Of a DNA stretch of 32,000 nucleotides, positions 8,573 to 17,253 are shown in pieces. The notes under the pieces were generated by a model. The model made no database searches, was not told where the DNA came from, and saw only the letters and a list, made by a program, of their open reading frames with translations. Numbering within the stretch: position 1 is the stretch's first letter; each line of letters opens with the position of its first letter. Made by a program: the position numbers and the translations under genes. The stretch is from Alkanindiges illinoisensis DSM 15370 (GTDB taxonomy: Bacteria > Pseudomonadota > Gammaproteobacteria > Pseudomonadales > Moraxellaceae): NCBI RefSeq assembly GCF_000619845.1, contig NZ_JHUX01000003.1, forward strand, positions 670,064-702,063, written 5' to 3'.

Positions 8573-9982
8573 ATGCGAAGTTTAGGTGCCAAATTTACCT
8601 TTATAGCCGGGCTATGCTTTTGTTTTTTGATCGGCCTGTTCTTTGTTAAAAGCATTGTGCATGAGCGGCAACGTTATGCGCAGCAGGCGATTGAAGAAAT
8701 CGCGCGCGATAATTATGGTGCACAAACGGTGATGAGTCCGTTTATTGTGGTTCCCATAAGCCAGTTTACTTGCTCAGCCAAGGAAGCCCAAACCAAAACC
8801 CAACAGCAGTGTACGACCACGGTTTATCAAACCATTTATACCAGCCAAAGCCAGTGGCAAAACCAGTTGAAGGTCGCCCAGAATTTTCGTAAAGGCATTT
8901 ACCACGCCACCAATTATGACAACAAAATTAGCATACAGGGACGTTTTATCCCAGATAGCGCATTGCTCAAACCAAGCGATGGTCAAGTGGTGCAATGGCA
9001 CAAGGCAAGAATTTATCTGGCTGTGTCTGACTTGCGTGGGCTGTCACAGCAACCCGTGATTACGCTTCAGGACAGGAAATTCCAGTTTGGTTTGCCAGAG
9101 GACAGTGAAATCCTGAATGGCCTGCCATTTGGCTATACCAGTTTTGCCATTGGTGAACTGGCCAAAAACAGTGTGGATTTTAAGCTGGATTTTAGTCTGG
9201 CTGGCCTGCAATCGTTCCGGCTAATTCCTTTAGGCAAAAGTATTGATGCCACACTGCAAGCTAACTGGGCGCACCCGAATTTTTCAGGGGGTATTTCGCC
9301 TCTGTATAAAACCATTAGCCGCCAGTCAACCAGTGCGCAATGGAATAATACCTATGCACCCACCAGCAATTCCCGTTTGCTCAGCACCTGTTTGCTCACC
9401 CAGCAGGACAGCGCCTGTGAAAAATTAAAAACCCTGCATGCTTATAGCAATGACTCTGCTGCGTATGATAAGCCGGAACAACTTAAGGGTTCTGCCGAAA
9501 GTTTTAATATCCAGTTTTTTGAACCCACAAATGTCTATAGCTTAACTGACCGCACCTTGAAGTATGCCTTGCTTTTTTTACTGATTATTTTTGGCACTTT
9601 CTTTTTGTTTGAAGTGTTAAAAGGCTTGCAGGTGCATCCTGTCCAGTATGCGCTAGTGGGTGCGGCCCAAGGCGTCTTTTATTTGCTATTGCTATCCTTT
9701 AGTGAGCAATTTGCCTTTGGCTGGGCTTATGTGGGTTCCAGTGCTGCCTGTATCCTGCTGATTAGCTGGTATGTCATTTACGTACTGAAAGGCGTTGGTC
9801 GTGCCTTTAGCCTGGGTCTCGTGCTAACAGCCATGTATGGCACCTTGTATATCCTGTTGCGCTCACAACAGCACACCTTAATGCTGGGTTCAGTCATGGT
9901 TTTTGCCCTGATTGCCGTGGTGATGTTCTTAACCCGTCACATCAACTGGTATCAGCTTAACCAGCCAAAAAGTAAAGCTTAG
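8573..9982 (+). CDS. creD: Inner-membrane cell-envelope integrity protein CreD
   Basis: 469-aa ORF with a GAGGA SD at 8559-8563. It has an N-terminal TM helix, a large periplasmic-type domain and a C-terminal cluster of ~5 TM helices, which is the CreD architecture. It lies directly downstream of creBC. Confidence 0.8.
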   Translation: MRSLGAKFTFIAGLCFCFLIGLFFVKSIVHERQRYAQQAIEEIARDNYGAQTVMSPFIVVPISQFTCSAKEAQTKTQQQCTTTVYQTIYTSQSQWQNQLKVAQNFRKGIYHATNYDNKISIQGRFIPDSALLKPSDGQVVQWHKARIYLAVSDLRGLSQQPVITLQDRKFQFGLPEDSEILNGLPFGYTSFAIGELAKNSVDFKLDFSLAGLQSFRLIPLGKSIDATLQANWAHPNFSGGISPLYKTISRQSTSAQWNNTYAPTSNSRLLSTCLLTQQDSACEKLKTLHAYSNDSAAYDKPEQLKGSAESFNIQFFEPTNVYSLTDRTLKYALLFLLIIFGTFFLFEVLKGLQVHPVQYALVGAAQGVFYLLLLSFSEQFAFGWAYVGSSAACILLISWYVIYVLKGVGRAFSLGLVLTAMYGTLYILLRSQQHTLMLGSVMVFALIAVVMFLTRHINWYQLNQPKSKA

Positions 9983-10094
9983 GTTTTTTATTGCGAAATA
10001 ACATTGCTCAGCCATGCAACTGTCTGTAATAGGCAGTTTGCATATGCTTCAGAGCGGCAAAGCTAACAGTTAACGCATTCACGGAATTCAAACC

Positions 10095-10652
10095 ATGACA
10101 TATTATCCTAGTGTAAAAGAAGCCATCGCACCAACTTACCCCAGACTTTCCAGACCTGATTTAACCCCAAACAAACAGCCATTCGTTGCACAGGAAGATT
10201 CTAAAAGTTTACTGGAAGATTTGGCAGGCCATATTTTAAGGCTGGAAAATCCCGATCAGGTTGCAGCATATCTCGACAGCAGATTTGGAAAAATGGCCAT
10301 CAGTCAGTTTGAGCCAGAACAAGGTTTTAGCAGTGCACAACAGCAATTTTCGCTATTAGGCTTGAATATCCTTTATGAAAATAACCGGCCCAGAGTGCTG
10401 ATATTTAAAAAGTTGCTAAGCTTTAAAAAACTGTTTTTCAGGCCATCAGAACATGGTTGTAATACGAAGACAGGATTATTGGCACATTTACGCCAGCAAG
10501 AAATTGGATTTGTTAATCTGGGTAGTGTAGTGATTACCACAACTCATCATGCGAGCAATGCAGGTGCAATAATGTGTAGTTATTTTTTTAGGCCTGCTGC
10601 GCAGGAAATGATGATTGAAGAAATAACTTATCATTACTTGCTGAGCAGATAA
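10095..10652 (+). CDS. Orphan hypothetical protein (possibly foreign, decaying or non-coding)
   Basis: 185-aa ORF with no recognisable motif, TM segment or signal peptide, and no clear SD. Eight of its 10 Arg codons are AGA/AGG, whereas neighbouring genes use CGT/CGC. The 3' half is visibly AT-rich. Only the length of the ORF supports calling it a gene. Confidence 0.35.
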   Translation: MTYYPSVKEAIAPTYPRLSRPDLTPNKQPFVAQEDSKSLLEDLAGHILRLENPDQVAAYLDSRFGKMAISQFEPEQGFSSAQQQFSLLGLNILYENNRPRVLIFKKLLSFKKLFFRPSEHGCNTKTGLLAHLRQQEIGFVNLGSVVITTTHHASNAGAIMCSYFFRPAAQEMMIEEITYHYLLSR

Positions 10653-10778
10653 GATAAGGATAACCAGTATATGCATGTCAACACTAGTGAAAATCGTACC
10701 AACTGAGATGAGGGGCAAATTTTTTTAACCGCTTTTTGGCTCAAATCGGCTATGCTATGGGCTTAAACAGGAGCGTTC

Positions 10779-13013
10779 ATGTATCAGGTTCTTGCGCGTA
10801 AATATCGCCCACGCAACTTTAATCAGCTGGTGGGGCAAACTCATGTATCCCGGGCATTAACCAGTGCGCTGGAGCGTAACCGCCTGCATCATGCTTATTT
10901 GTTTACCGGTACGCGTGGGGTGGGCAAGACTACCATTGCGCGTATTTTGTCCAAGTGCCTGAACTGTGAAACTGGTATTACGGCCACGCCCTGTGAAGTT
11001 TGCGCCACCTGTGTTGCCATTAATCAGGGCCGTTTTATTGACCTGATTGAAATTGACGCCGCCTCGCGCACCAAGGTGGAAGACACGCGCGAATTGCTGG
11101 ATAACGTCCCCTATGCGCCAACACAGGGACGATATAAGGTTTACTTGATTGACGAAGTGCACATGCTGTCAACGCACAGCTTTAATGCGCTGCTTAAAAC
11201 CTTGGAAGAACCACCAGAACACGTCAAATTTTTACTGGCCACAACCGATCCACAAAAGCTGCCAGTCACTGTGCTATCGCGTTGTTTGCAGTTTACCCTG
11301 CGGCCATTGCAGCAGCAGGAAATCCATGATCACCTGCACAACATTCTGGATCAGGAACAAATTGGCTATGATGACAAAGCCCTGTGGCAACTGGCCGAAG
11401 CTGCACAAGGTTCGCTCCGGGATGCGCTGTCACTAACCGATCAGGCGATTGCTTTTGGTCAGGGGCAATTGCAGGGTAGTGATGTACAGGACATGCTGGG
11501 CCTGCTGGATAAAGGGCAGATTGTGCATTTGTTGCAGTCGATTTACCAGAATAACGGCCAGCAGGTGAGCCAGATTCTGCAAAATCTGGCCAATCAGGCG
11601 GTTGATTTAAAGGCCGTACTGGATCAGCTAATTACCTTGTTGCATCAACTGGCCTTACTACAGGTGTTACCGCAGGTGCCGTTGCAGGGTACGCAGGAAT
11701 ACCAGCAGCAGTTGCGTCAACTGGCACAGCAGGTTGATCCCAGTGATGTTCAGCTGTATTACCAGATTGCCCTGCAGGGCCGACAGGATTTAAAACTGGC
11801 GGTAAGCCTGCAACAGGGCTTCGATATGTGTATTTTGCGCATGCTGGCCTTTAAGCCACTGGGCAGTAATACCCAGATTGTAGAACACTCCAGTGCTGGT
11901 TTAATTGCAGCCCAGCAGCCTACTCAGGTTAATGCAAGCAATCATACCCCAGTATTACAACCTGCCAGTGCTGCACCTGATGATCAACTGGCTAAAGACA
12001 ATACCAGCTTGGCAGTTGACCCGACGAAATCAATTCCTGAACTACAAGATACGCCGATCAAATCCACTGATCAGCCTGAAATAACAGGGCAGACTGGTTT
12101 TGAGGAACTTGCGCCGAAAGATGAGTTGATTCTGGATGACGCAACAGAAAGCCAGTTCATAGAACATGAAATATTAGAAAATCAATTAATTGAAAATCAA
12201 ACTATAGAACATGACTTACTCACTCAGAATGAGTTTTTCGTCAGTCAGTCAAACGCTTTAGACCTTCAGCCTTTACAGGTAGCAGAGCAAGAACGTCATG
12301 AACTGGATTTGTTTGGTGAAGCTATTAGGTCTATACCTGCTGAGCAGACAAGGACTTTAACTGAGGCTGATCAGCAAGTTGATGTTGTATCAGATACAAA
12401 TCTGAACAGCATGCAGCAGTGGAGTAATGAGCAGGCATTTGAGGCAGTTAATGACTTAAATATTCAAGGTCAAAATACTCAGTTGCAAGAAGTTCAATTG
12501 CAAGATAATCAGGCTAACGAAATCAAGCCTCAAGAAGTCTGGGTTGTACCCCAGCAAATTACCGTTATTCCTGAAAGTAATCCAAGCCAGTTATTGCCAC
12601 AGCAAATATTGCAGCATAGTTCTGTTGAGCTAACCGGGCAGTGGAATATTGAAAAATGGGAATGCTGGTTGCGTGAAGCGGACATTAGTCCTGCCATTCG
12701 CAATCTGGCACAGCATGGTTTGATTCGTGGTGAGATTGGGCAAACTTCGATATTTGTAATTTCTCCTGAACATCGCCTGATGGCTACCGAGCTATTTGAT
12801 GGGCTAATTGCAGCATTAACGCAGCAATGGCCAGATAGCAGTGTGGAACTGGTATTTGAACCTATTAATGAACCCTTGCCTTTAGAATTAAAAGCAATCC
12901 GGCGGGAAAAAGCCTTGCAGCAGGCTGATTATTTGCTTCGGCAAGAACCTGTAGTTCAGCCTTTAATTGCCCAGTTTGAAGCCAGCCTGACCAATGTCAG
13001 CTTCAAGGAATAA
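10779..13013 (+). CDS. dnaX: DNA polymerase III subunit tau (DnaX)
   Basis: The sequence has Walker A (GTRGVGKTT), a Zn module (CLNCETGITATPCEVCATC), Walker B (IDEVHML) and the sensor motif SRC (VLSRCLQF). A long Q/E-rich linker is followed by a tau-type C-terminal domain. Total length is 744 aa. Confidence 0.95.
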   Translation: MYQVLARKYRPRNFNQLVGQTHVSRALTSALERNRLHHAYLFTGTRGVGKTTIARILSKCLNCETGITATPCEVCATCVAINQGRFIDLIEIDAASRTKVEDTRELLDNVPYAPTQGRYKVYLIDEVHMLSTHSFNALLKTLEEPPEHVKFLLATTDPQKLPVTVLSRCLQFTLRPLQQQEIHDHLHNILDQEQIGYDDKALWQLAEAAQGSLRDALSLTDQAIAFGQGQLQGSDVQDMLGLLDKGQIVHLLQSIYQNNGQQVSQILQNLANQAVDLKAVLDQLITLLHQLALLQVLPQVPLQGTQEYQQQLRQLAQQVDPSDVQLYYQIALQGRQDLKLAVSLQQGFDMCILRMLAFKPLGSNTQIVEHSSAGLIAAQQPTQVNASNHTPVLQPASAAPDDQLAKDNTSLAVDPTKSIPELQDTPIKSTDQPEITGQTGFEELAPKDELILDDATESQFIEHEILENQLIENQTIEHDLLTQNEFFVSQSNALDLQPLQVAEQERHELDLFGEAIRSIPAEQTRTLTEADQQVDVVSDTNLNSMQQWSNEQAFEAVNDLNIQGQNTQLQEVQLQDNQANEIKPQEVWVVPQQITVIPESNPSQLLPQQILQHSSVELTGQWNIEKWECWLREADISPAIRNLAQHGLIRGEIGQTSIFVISPEHRLMATELFDGLIAALTQQWPDSSVELVFEPINEPLPLELKAIRREKALQQADYLLRQEPVVQPLIAQFEASLTNVSFKE

Positions 13014-13127
13014 AGTTTCCTTACGCTTTGTTTGCACACTTGAGCAAAACCTTACGCAAAATGTACTGGTAGCCAAAAACAACTGGGGTATAACTGTTGG
13101 ATTCCTAAAAGAAGCAGCAGGTATGGT

Positions 13128-13694
13128 ATGGCAAATATTTCATTAATCGTGGGCAGTTTGCGCCGGGAATCCATCAATTTAAAAATTGCCAAGGCATTAA
13201 TCAAGCTGGCAGAGCAGGAAAACTTGCCGCATCAATTTAAGCTGGTGGATATTGCTAGTCTGCCATTATATAACGAGGATTTATGGGAGGATATTCCCGA
13301 AGCGGTTACCCAGTTTAAGATCACCATAAAGAATACCGATGCCTTGCTGTTTGTGACACCAGAATATAACCGCTCGGTGCCTTCACCTTTAAAAAATGCA
13401 TTGGACTGGGGATCACGGCCCAGTAATGACAACAGCTGGAAGCACAAGCCAGCGGCCATGCTGGGAGCCAGTCCGGGGCAGGTGGGTACGGCGGTAGCAC
13501 AGTCGCATTTACGCAGTATTTTACTAACGCTAAACACGCGTGTGATGGGCCAGCCGGAAATTTACCTTAAATTTGAAGAAAGCATGGTGAATGATAATAA
13601 TGAAATTACCAGCGAAAGAACCCGGCAATTTTTATTGAAGTTTTTAAATAAGTTTAACGAGTGGATTGATGAAGTGGGGCCTGCTACGGCTTGA
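13128..13694 (+). CDS. NAD(P)H-dependent FMN reductase (YieF/ChrR-like flavodoxin-fold oxidoreductase)
   Basis: 188 aa. The motif LIVGSLRRESIN...TPEYNRSVPSPLKNALDW matches the NADPH-dependent FMN reductase family. The length is the same as my recollection of E. coli YieF. Confidence 0.8.
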   Translation: MANISLIVGSLRRESINLKIAKALIKLAEQENLPHQFKLVDIASLPLYNEDLWEDIPEAVTQFKITIKNTDALLFVTPEYNRSVPSPLKNALDWGSRPSNDNSWKHKPAAMLGASPGQVGTAVAQSHLRSILLTLNTRVMGQPEIYLKFEESMVNDNNEITSERTRQFLLKFLNKFNEWIDEVGPATA

Positions 13695-13747
13695 ATTCAC
13701 TTCATCACGGTTAAACGAAACAAGGTTAACGTTGTAAGACTGCTTAT

Positions 13748-14227
13748 TTAATCGGCCGTTACTAATAACTGTGCTAGTGCTTCACGTAACTGATCCGGTA
13801 TGGCAACAGCTTGCCGAGTTTGCCGATCCACAAACACATGCACAAAATGTCCTTGCGCCACGGCTTGCTGATCGCCCGGCTTAAAAATTGCCAATTCATA
13901 ACGTACCGATGAGCGACCCAGATGGGCAACCCGCAGCGCGCCTTCAAGCGCATCCGGGAAAGCAACCGGCGCAAAATAGCTACAGCCGGAATCCACGACC
14001 AATCCAATAATAGGGCCATCATGAATGTCCAGTCCGCCTTGCTCAATCAGGTAGCGGTTGGCGGTGCTGTCAAAATAGCTGTAATACATGACATTGTTAA
14101 CATGGCCATAAATATCATTATCGGCCCAGCGCGTCGTTAGGGCTGAAAACCAGCTAAAGTCTTTACGCTGATAGGCCACAGGTTTGGCAGCCGGGCTGGA
14201 TTTAGAAGCGGGTACAGAAGTATTCAT
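13748..14227 (-). CDS. 4HBT/YbgC-type acyl-CoA thioesterase (hot-dog fold)
   Basis: 159 aa. The signature DNDIYGHVNNVMYYSYFD is typical of the 4-hydroxybenzoyl-CoA thioesterase family. It is co-directional with, and 66 bp downstream of, the Fe-ADH gene. Confidence 0.75.
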   Translation of the reverse strand: MNTSVPASKSSPAAKPVAYQRKDFSWFSALTTRWADNDIYGHVNNVMYYSYFDSTANRYLIEQGGLDIHDGPIIGLVVDSGCSYFAPVAFPDALEGALRVAHLGRSSVRYELAIFKPGDQQAVAQGHFVHVFVDRQTRQAVAIPDQLREALAQLLVTAD

Positions 14228-14293
14228 CAGTTTCTCAAAAATGCTTTCTTAAAAACTCTTTCTCATAAACGCTGGTGGTTGACGTAATAGTAA

Positions 14294-15454
14294 TCAGGCA
14301 TAAACCGCCTGATAAATCGCCAGTGCATCGGCATGGGTAACTTCACGTGGGTTATTCACCAGCAAGCGGGTTTGCAGCATGGCATCACGCGCTAGCATTT
14401 CAAGGTCTTGTTCAGGAACATTCAATTGGCTTAAGCGATGGGGTAAACCACTGTCCAGAATGTGCTGCTCCAGACGATCAATCAACTGGTTAGCCAATTC
14501 CATGTCTGAACCTTGTGCTGCCGGATTTAACATCAGCATCAGTTCAGCATAGTGTTTTGCCGCATGGCTTAGGTTAAAGCGGATCACTTCACACAGCACC
14601 AGTGCATTGGAAAGGCCATGCGAAATATGATAATGCCCGCCCAGTGGGTAAGCCAGCGCATGAACGGCGGCAACGGGTGAGTTGGCAAAAGCCTGTCCAG
14701 CCAGCATGGCACCAAACAGCATGTTCTGGCGTGCTTCCAGATTGTGGCCTTCATGGACGGCGGTTTGCAGGTTTTGATCCAGTAATACCAGTGCCTGTTT
14801 GGCCAGCATGTCGGAATACAGGTTTTTCTTGTGTACACTGGTATAGGCTTCGATGGCATGCACCATGGCATCAATTCCGGTGGCTGCAGTAACAGCAGGT
14901 GGCAGGCCAGTGGTGAGTTCAGCATCCAGCAGGGCAAGATCTGCATACAATACGGGCGATACCACACCCATCTTGGTAGTTTCACCAGTGGTCACAATGG
15001 CCACGCTGGTGACTTCTGAGCCAGTACCGGCAGTGGTGGGTACTTGAATCAATGGCAAACGCTGGCCCTGAATGTTACCTACACCATAAATGTCGCTTAA
15101 GGCCTGGGTTTGCTTTGGATTGGCCAAAATGGCAATCAGCTTGGCCACATCCATGGAACTGCCGCCGCCATAGCCAATCACTCCGTCAATTTGCTTTGAC
15201 TTTGCCTGTTCAACTGCAGCCAGAATCACATGATCCGGTGGGTCGGCCAGTACCTGATCATAAATGCTGTATTCAATCCCTGCATTATTCAGGCTTTGTA
15301 GTGCATCGTGATGCAACTGGTATTGCACAATGCCGCCATCGGTAACAAACATCACATGACTTAAGCCCAGTCGCTTACAGTGCTCACCAAGCTGATGCCG
15401 GGAGCCAGCAGCACAGATAATTTGTTTAACAGTATCAAAGCTAAAGTGATTCAT
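14294..15454 (-). CDS. Iron-containing (group III) alcohol dehydrogenase
   Basis: 386 aa. It has the GGGSSMDVAK nucleotide-binding motif and metal-binding His blocks (DAMVHAIEAY, HALAYPLGGHYHISHG). Confidence 0.9.
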   Translation of the reverse strand: MNHFSFDTVKQIICAAGSRHQLGEHCKRLGLSHVMFVTDGGIVQYQLHHDALQSLNNAGIEYSIYDQVLADPPDHVILAAVEQAKSKQIDGVIGYGGGSSMDVAKLIAILANPKQTQALSDIYGVGNIQGQRLPLIQVPTTAGTGSEVTSVAIVTTGETTKMGVVSPVLYADLALLDAELTTGLPPAVTAATGIDAMVHAIEAYTSVHKKNLYSDMLAKQALVLLDQNLQTAVHEGHNLEARQNMLFGAMLAGQAFANSPVAAVHALAYPLGGHYHISHGLSNALVLCEVIRFNLSHAAKHYAELMLMLNPAAQGSDMELANQLIDRLEQHILDSGLPHRLSQLNVPEQDLEMLARDAMLQTRLLVNNPREVTHADALAIYQAVYA

Positions 15455-15583
15455 GGTTTATTCCCTGGTGGCAAATGGTCCCTGATTCCTGTCAGAATCA
15501 TTCATATTGTGGCACGGGCTATAGCAGTGTGCCTAGCGTTGCCGCTATACTCAATTGGTTTATTTTGTTAGGAAAAGCGTGCA

Positions 15584-16108
15584 ATGGCAAGCTCGCCATA
15601 TCAGGTATTGTGTGTCTGTCTGGGGAATATCTGTCGTTCGCCCACGGCAGAAATTATTTTAAAACATTATGTAAAGCTTGCAGGCTTGCCAGTAGAAATT
15701 GATTCTGCGGGAACCAGCAATTACCATCCCAACAAGGCGCCAGACCCGCGCACGCAAAAATTTGCCCGTGCCCGGGGTTATGATTTGTCGCACTTGCGCG
15801 CGCGCCAGATTTGCCGGGAAGACTACGACCAGTTTGACCTGATTCTGGCAATGGATGAGACCAACCTGTCAGATTTACAGTGGCAAATTAATAATCTGGT
15901 GCAGCAAGGTGAGCTGCATGCATCAGTCATGGATCGTCTGGCGCTAATGAGTGAGCATGACCCGAAATTTTCCCGGCAGGCAATCCCTGATCCTTATTTT
16001 GGTCAGGCCAGCGACTTTGAGCGGGTCATTGTACAATGTGAAAGTGCAGCACAGGCCTGGGTAGAATACTGGCAGGCCAATTTAGATATCCTGCGCCGCC
16101 AATCTTAA
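15584..16108 (+). CDS. Low-molecular-weight protein-tyrosine phosphatase
   Basis: 174 aa. It has the N-terminal P-loop CLGNICRSP (C-x5-R-S) and a DPYFG general-acid loop. It lacks the extra Cys pair of LMW-PTP-type arsenate reductases. Confidence 0.85.
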   Translation: MASSPYQVLCVCLGNICRSPTAEIILKHYVKLAGLPVEIDSAGTSNYHPNKAPDPRTQKFARARGYDLSHLRARQICREDYDQFDLILAMDETNLSDLQWQINNLVQQGELHASVMDRLALMSEHDPKFSRQAIPDPYFGQASDFERVIVQCESAAQAWVEYWQANLDILRRQS

Positions 16109-16215
16109 TTTATCCAGACTAAGCTATTACCTAAGCGATCACCGTTAAGTGAAAATAAGCCCTGATTTTCTAAATTAGTCTTTTTGAATTGGTTTTTCTG
16201 AATTGAGTATCCTGA

Positions 16216-17226
16216 ATGTTGCAGTGTGAACAAAACGCCAGTTTAAAACCGTTTAATACCTTAAGCCTAAACAGCAGGGCACGGTATCTGGCCAGCGTAA
16301 CAACAGAAGATGACTTATTGGCTATTCTGCAATCAGTCACTGCAAAGCGGTTGCCGGTTTTTGTTTTATCAGGTGGTAGCAATGTTCTGTTGTCCGAGTT
16401 TATAGATGCGCTGGTGATCCGGCCATTGTTGCGTGGCATCCGGGCTATTGCCGAGAACACACAGCAGGTATTGGTTGAGGTAATGGCGGGTGAAGAATGG
16501 CATCCGTTTGTGCAATATGCGCTGGCTCAGGGCTGGTACGGCCTGGAAAACCTATCGCTGATTCCAGGCTATGTGGGTGCGTCACCGATTCAAAATATTG
16601 GCGCTTATGGGGTTGAAGTCAGCCAGTATATTCATCACATTAAAGCGTGGCACTTACCAACCGGGCGCTGGCATATCCTGCAGCCAGCACAGTGCCAGTT
16701 TGGTTACCGTGACAGTATTTTCAAGCAACAGCCGGGTGACTGGATTATTAGTCGGGTAGTGTTTTGCTTAAGCAGGCAACCCCATCTGGCCCTAAATTAT
16801 GGCGATGTACGTGAACAGGCCGGGTTACATCCAACCCCGGAATCGGTAGCAAAAGCCATTATCCAGATTCGTCAGTCCAAATTGCCAGATCCTAAAAAGA
16901 TTGCAAATGTGGGCAGCTTTTTTAAGAATCCGGTCATTGATATTGCCCACTATGAACAGTTAAAACATCATTATCCCCCGTTAGGCTCTTACCTGCAGCC
17001 CAATGGACAGGTTAAGGTGGCAGCAGGCTGGTTGATTGACCAGGCTGGATGGAAGGGCAAGAGCATTGGTAGTGTAGGAATGTATGAAAAGCAGGCGCTG
17101 GTGCTGGTCAACCGGCATATTGCTTCACTGGCTGATGTGCAGCAGGTGAGTAAAGCTGTGCAGGATTCGGTATTCCAGAAATTTGCAATCCGGCTGGAGC
17201 AGGAACCGGTTCTGGTTAAATTTTAA
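16216..17226 (+). CDS. murB: UDP-N-acetylenolpyruvoylglucosamine reductase (MurB)
   Basis: 336 aa. It has an FAD-binding PCMH-type domain (VLSGGSNVLL, GASPIQNIGAYG) and MurB C-terminal blocks (GSFFKNP, AGWLIDQAGWKG). Confidence 0.95.
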   Translation: MLQCEQNASLKPFNTLSLNSRARYLASVTTEDDLLAILQSVTAKRLPVFVLSGGSNVLLSEFIDALVIRPLLRGIRAIAENTQQVLVEVMAGEEWHPFVQYALAQGWYGLENLSLIPGYVGASPIQNIGAYGVEVSQYIHHIKAWHLPTGRWHILQPAQCQFGYRDSIFKQQPGDWIISRVVFCLSRQPHLALNYGDVREQAGLHPTPESVAKAIIQIRQSKLPDPKKIANVGSFFKNPVIDIAHYEQLKHHYPPLGSYLQPNGQVKVAAGWLIDQAGWKGKSIGSVGMYEKQALVLVNRHIASLADVQQVSKAVQDSVFQKFAIRLEQEPVLVKF

Positions 17227-17253
17227 GCGTTAATAATGATAAAATGAGGAACT

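Noticed and set aside
9983-10060. An imperfect hairpin, CATGCAACTG...CAGTTTGCATATG, after creD as a terminator.
   Set aside because: The stem is bulged and there is no following T-tract. It is not strong enough to call.
10078-10091. TTCACggaaTTCAA immediately upstream of the orphan ORF, as a possible second cre tag.
   Set aside because: The spacing is pentamer-N4-pentamer (9-bp period), not the N6 (11-bp) geometry of the cre tag and of the creD array. It ends 3 nt before the ATG, which is an unlikely promoter position.
10653-10778. A possible SRP (4.5S) RNA gene upstream of dnaX, as seen in some bacteria.
   Set aside because: There is no match to the conserved GGTCCGGAAGGAAGCAGCC helix-8 core and no extended hairpin.
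10779-13013. A search for the dnaX programmed -1 frameshift signal (A AAA AAG plus a downstream hairpin).
   Set aside because: The only A5-containing sites (GGAAAAAGC near 12906, GAAAAATGG near 12652) are too short, in the wrong context and too close to the C-terminus. No frameshift site can be claimed.
14584-15345. Several 60-130-aa ORFs on both strands within the Fe-ADH gene (14584-14985 minus, 14602-14892 plus, 15052-15345 plus).
   Set aside because: They are out-of-frame or antisense overlaps of a CDS with clear ADH motifs. Their Trp/Cys/His/Pro-rich composition is typical of wrong-frame translation.
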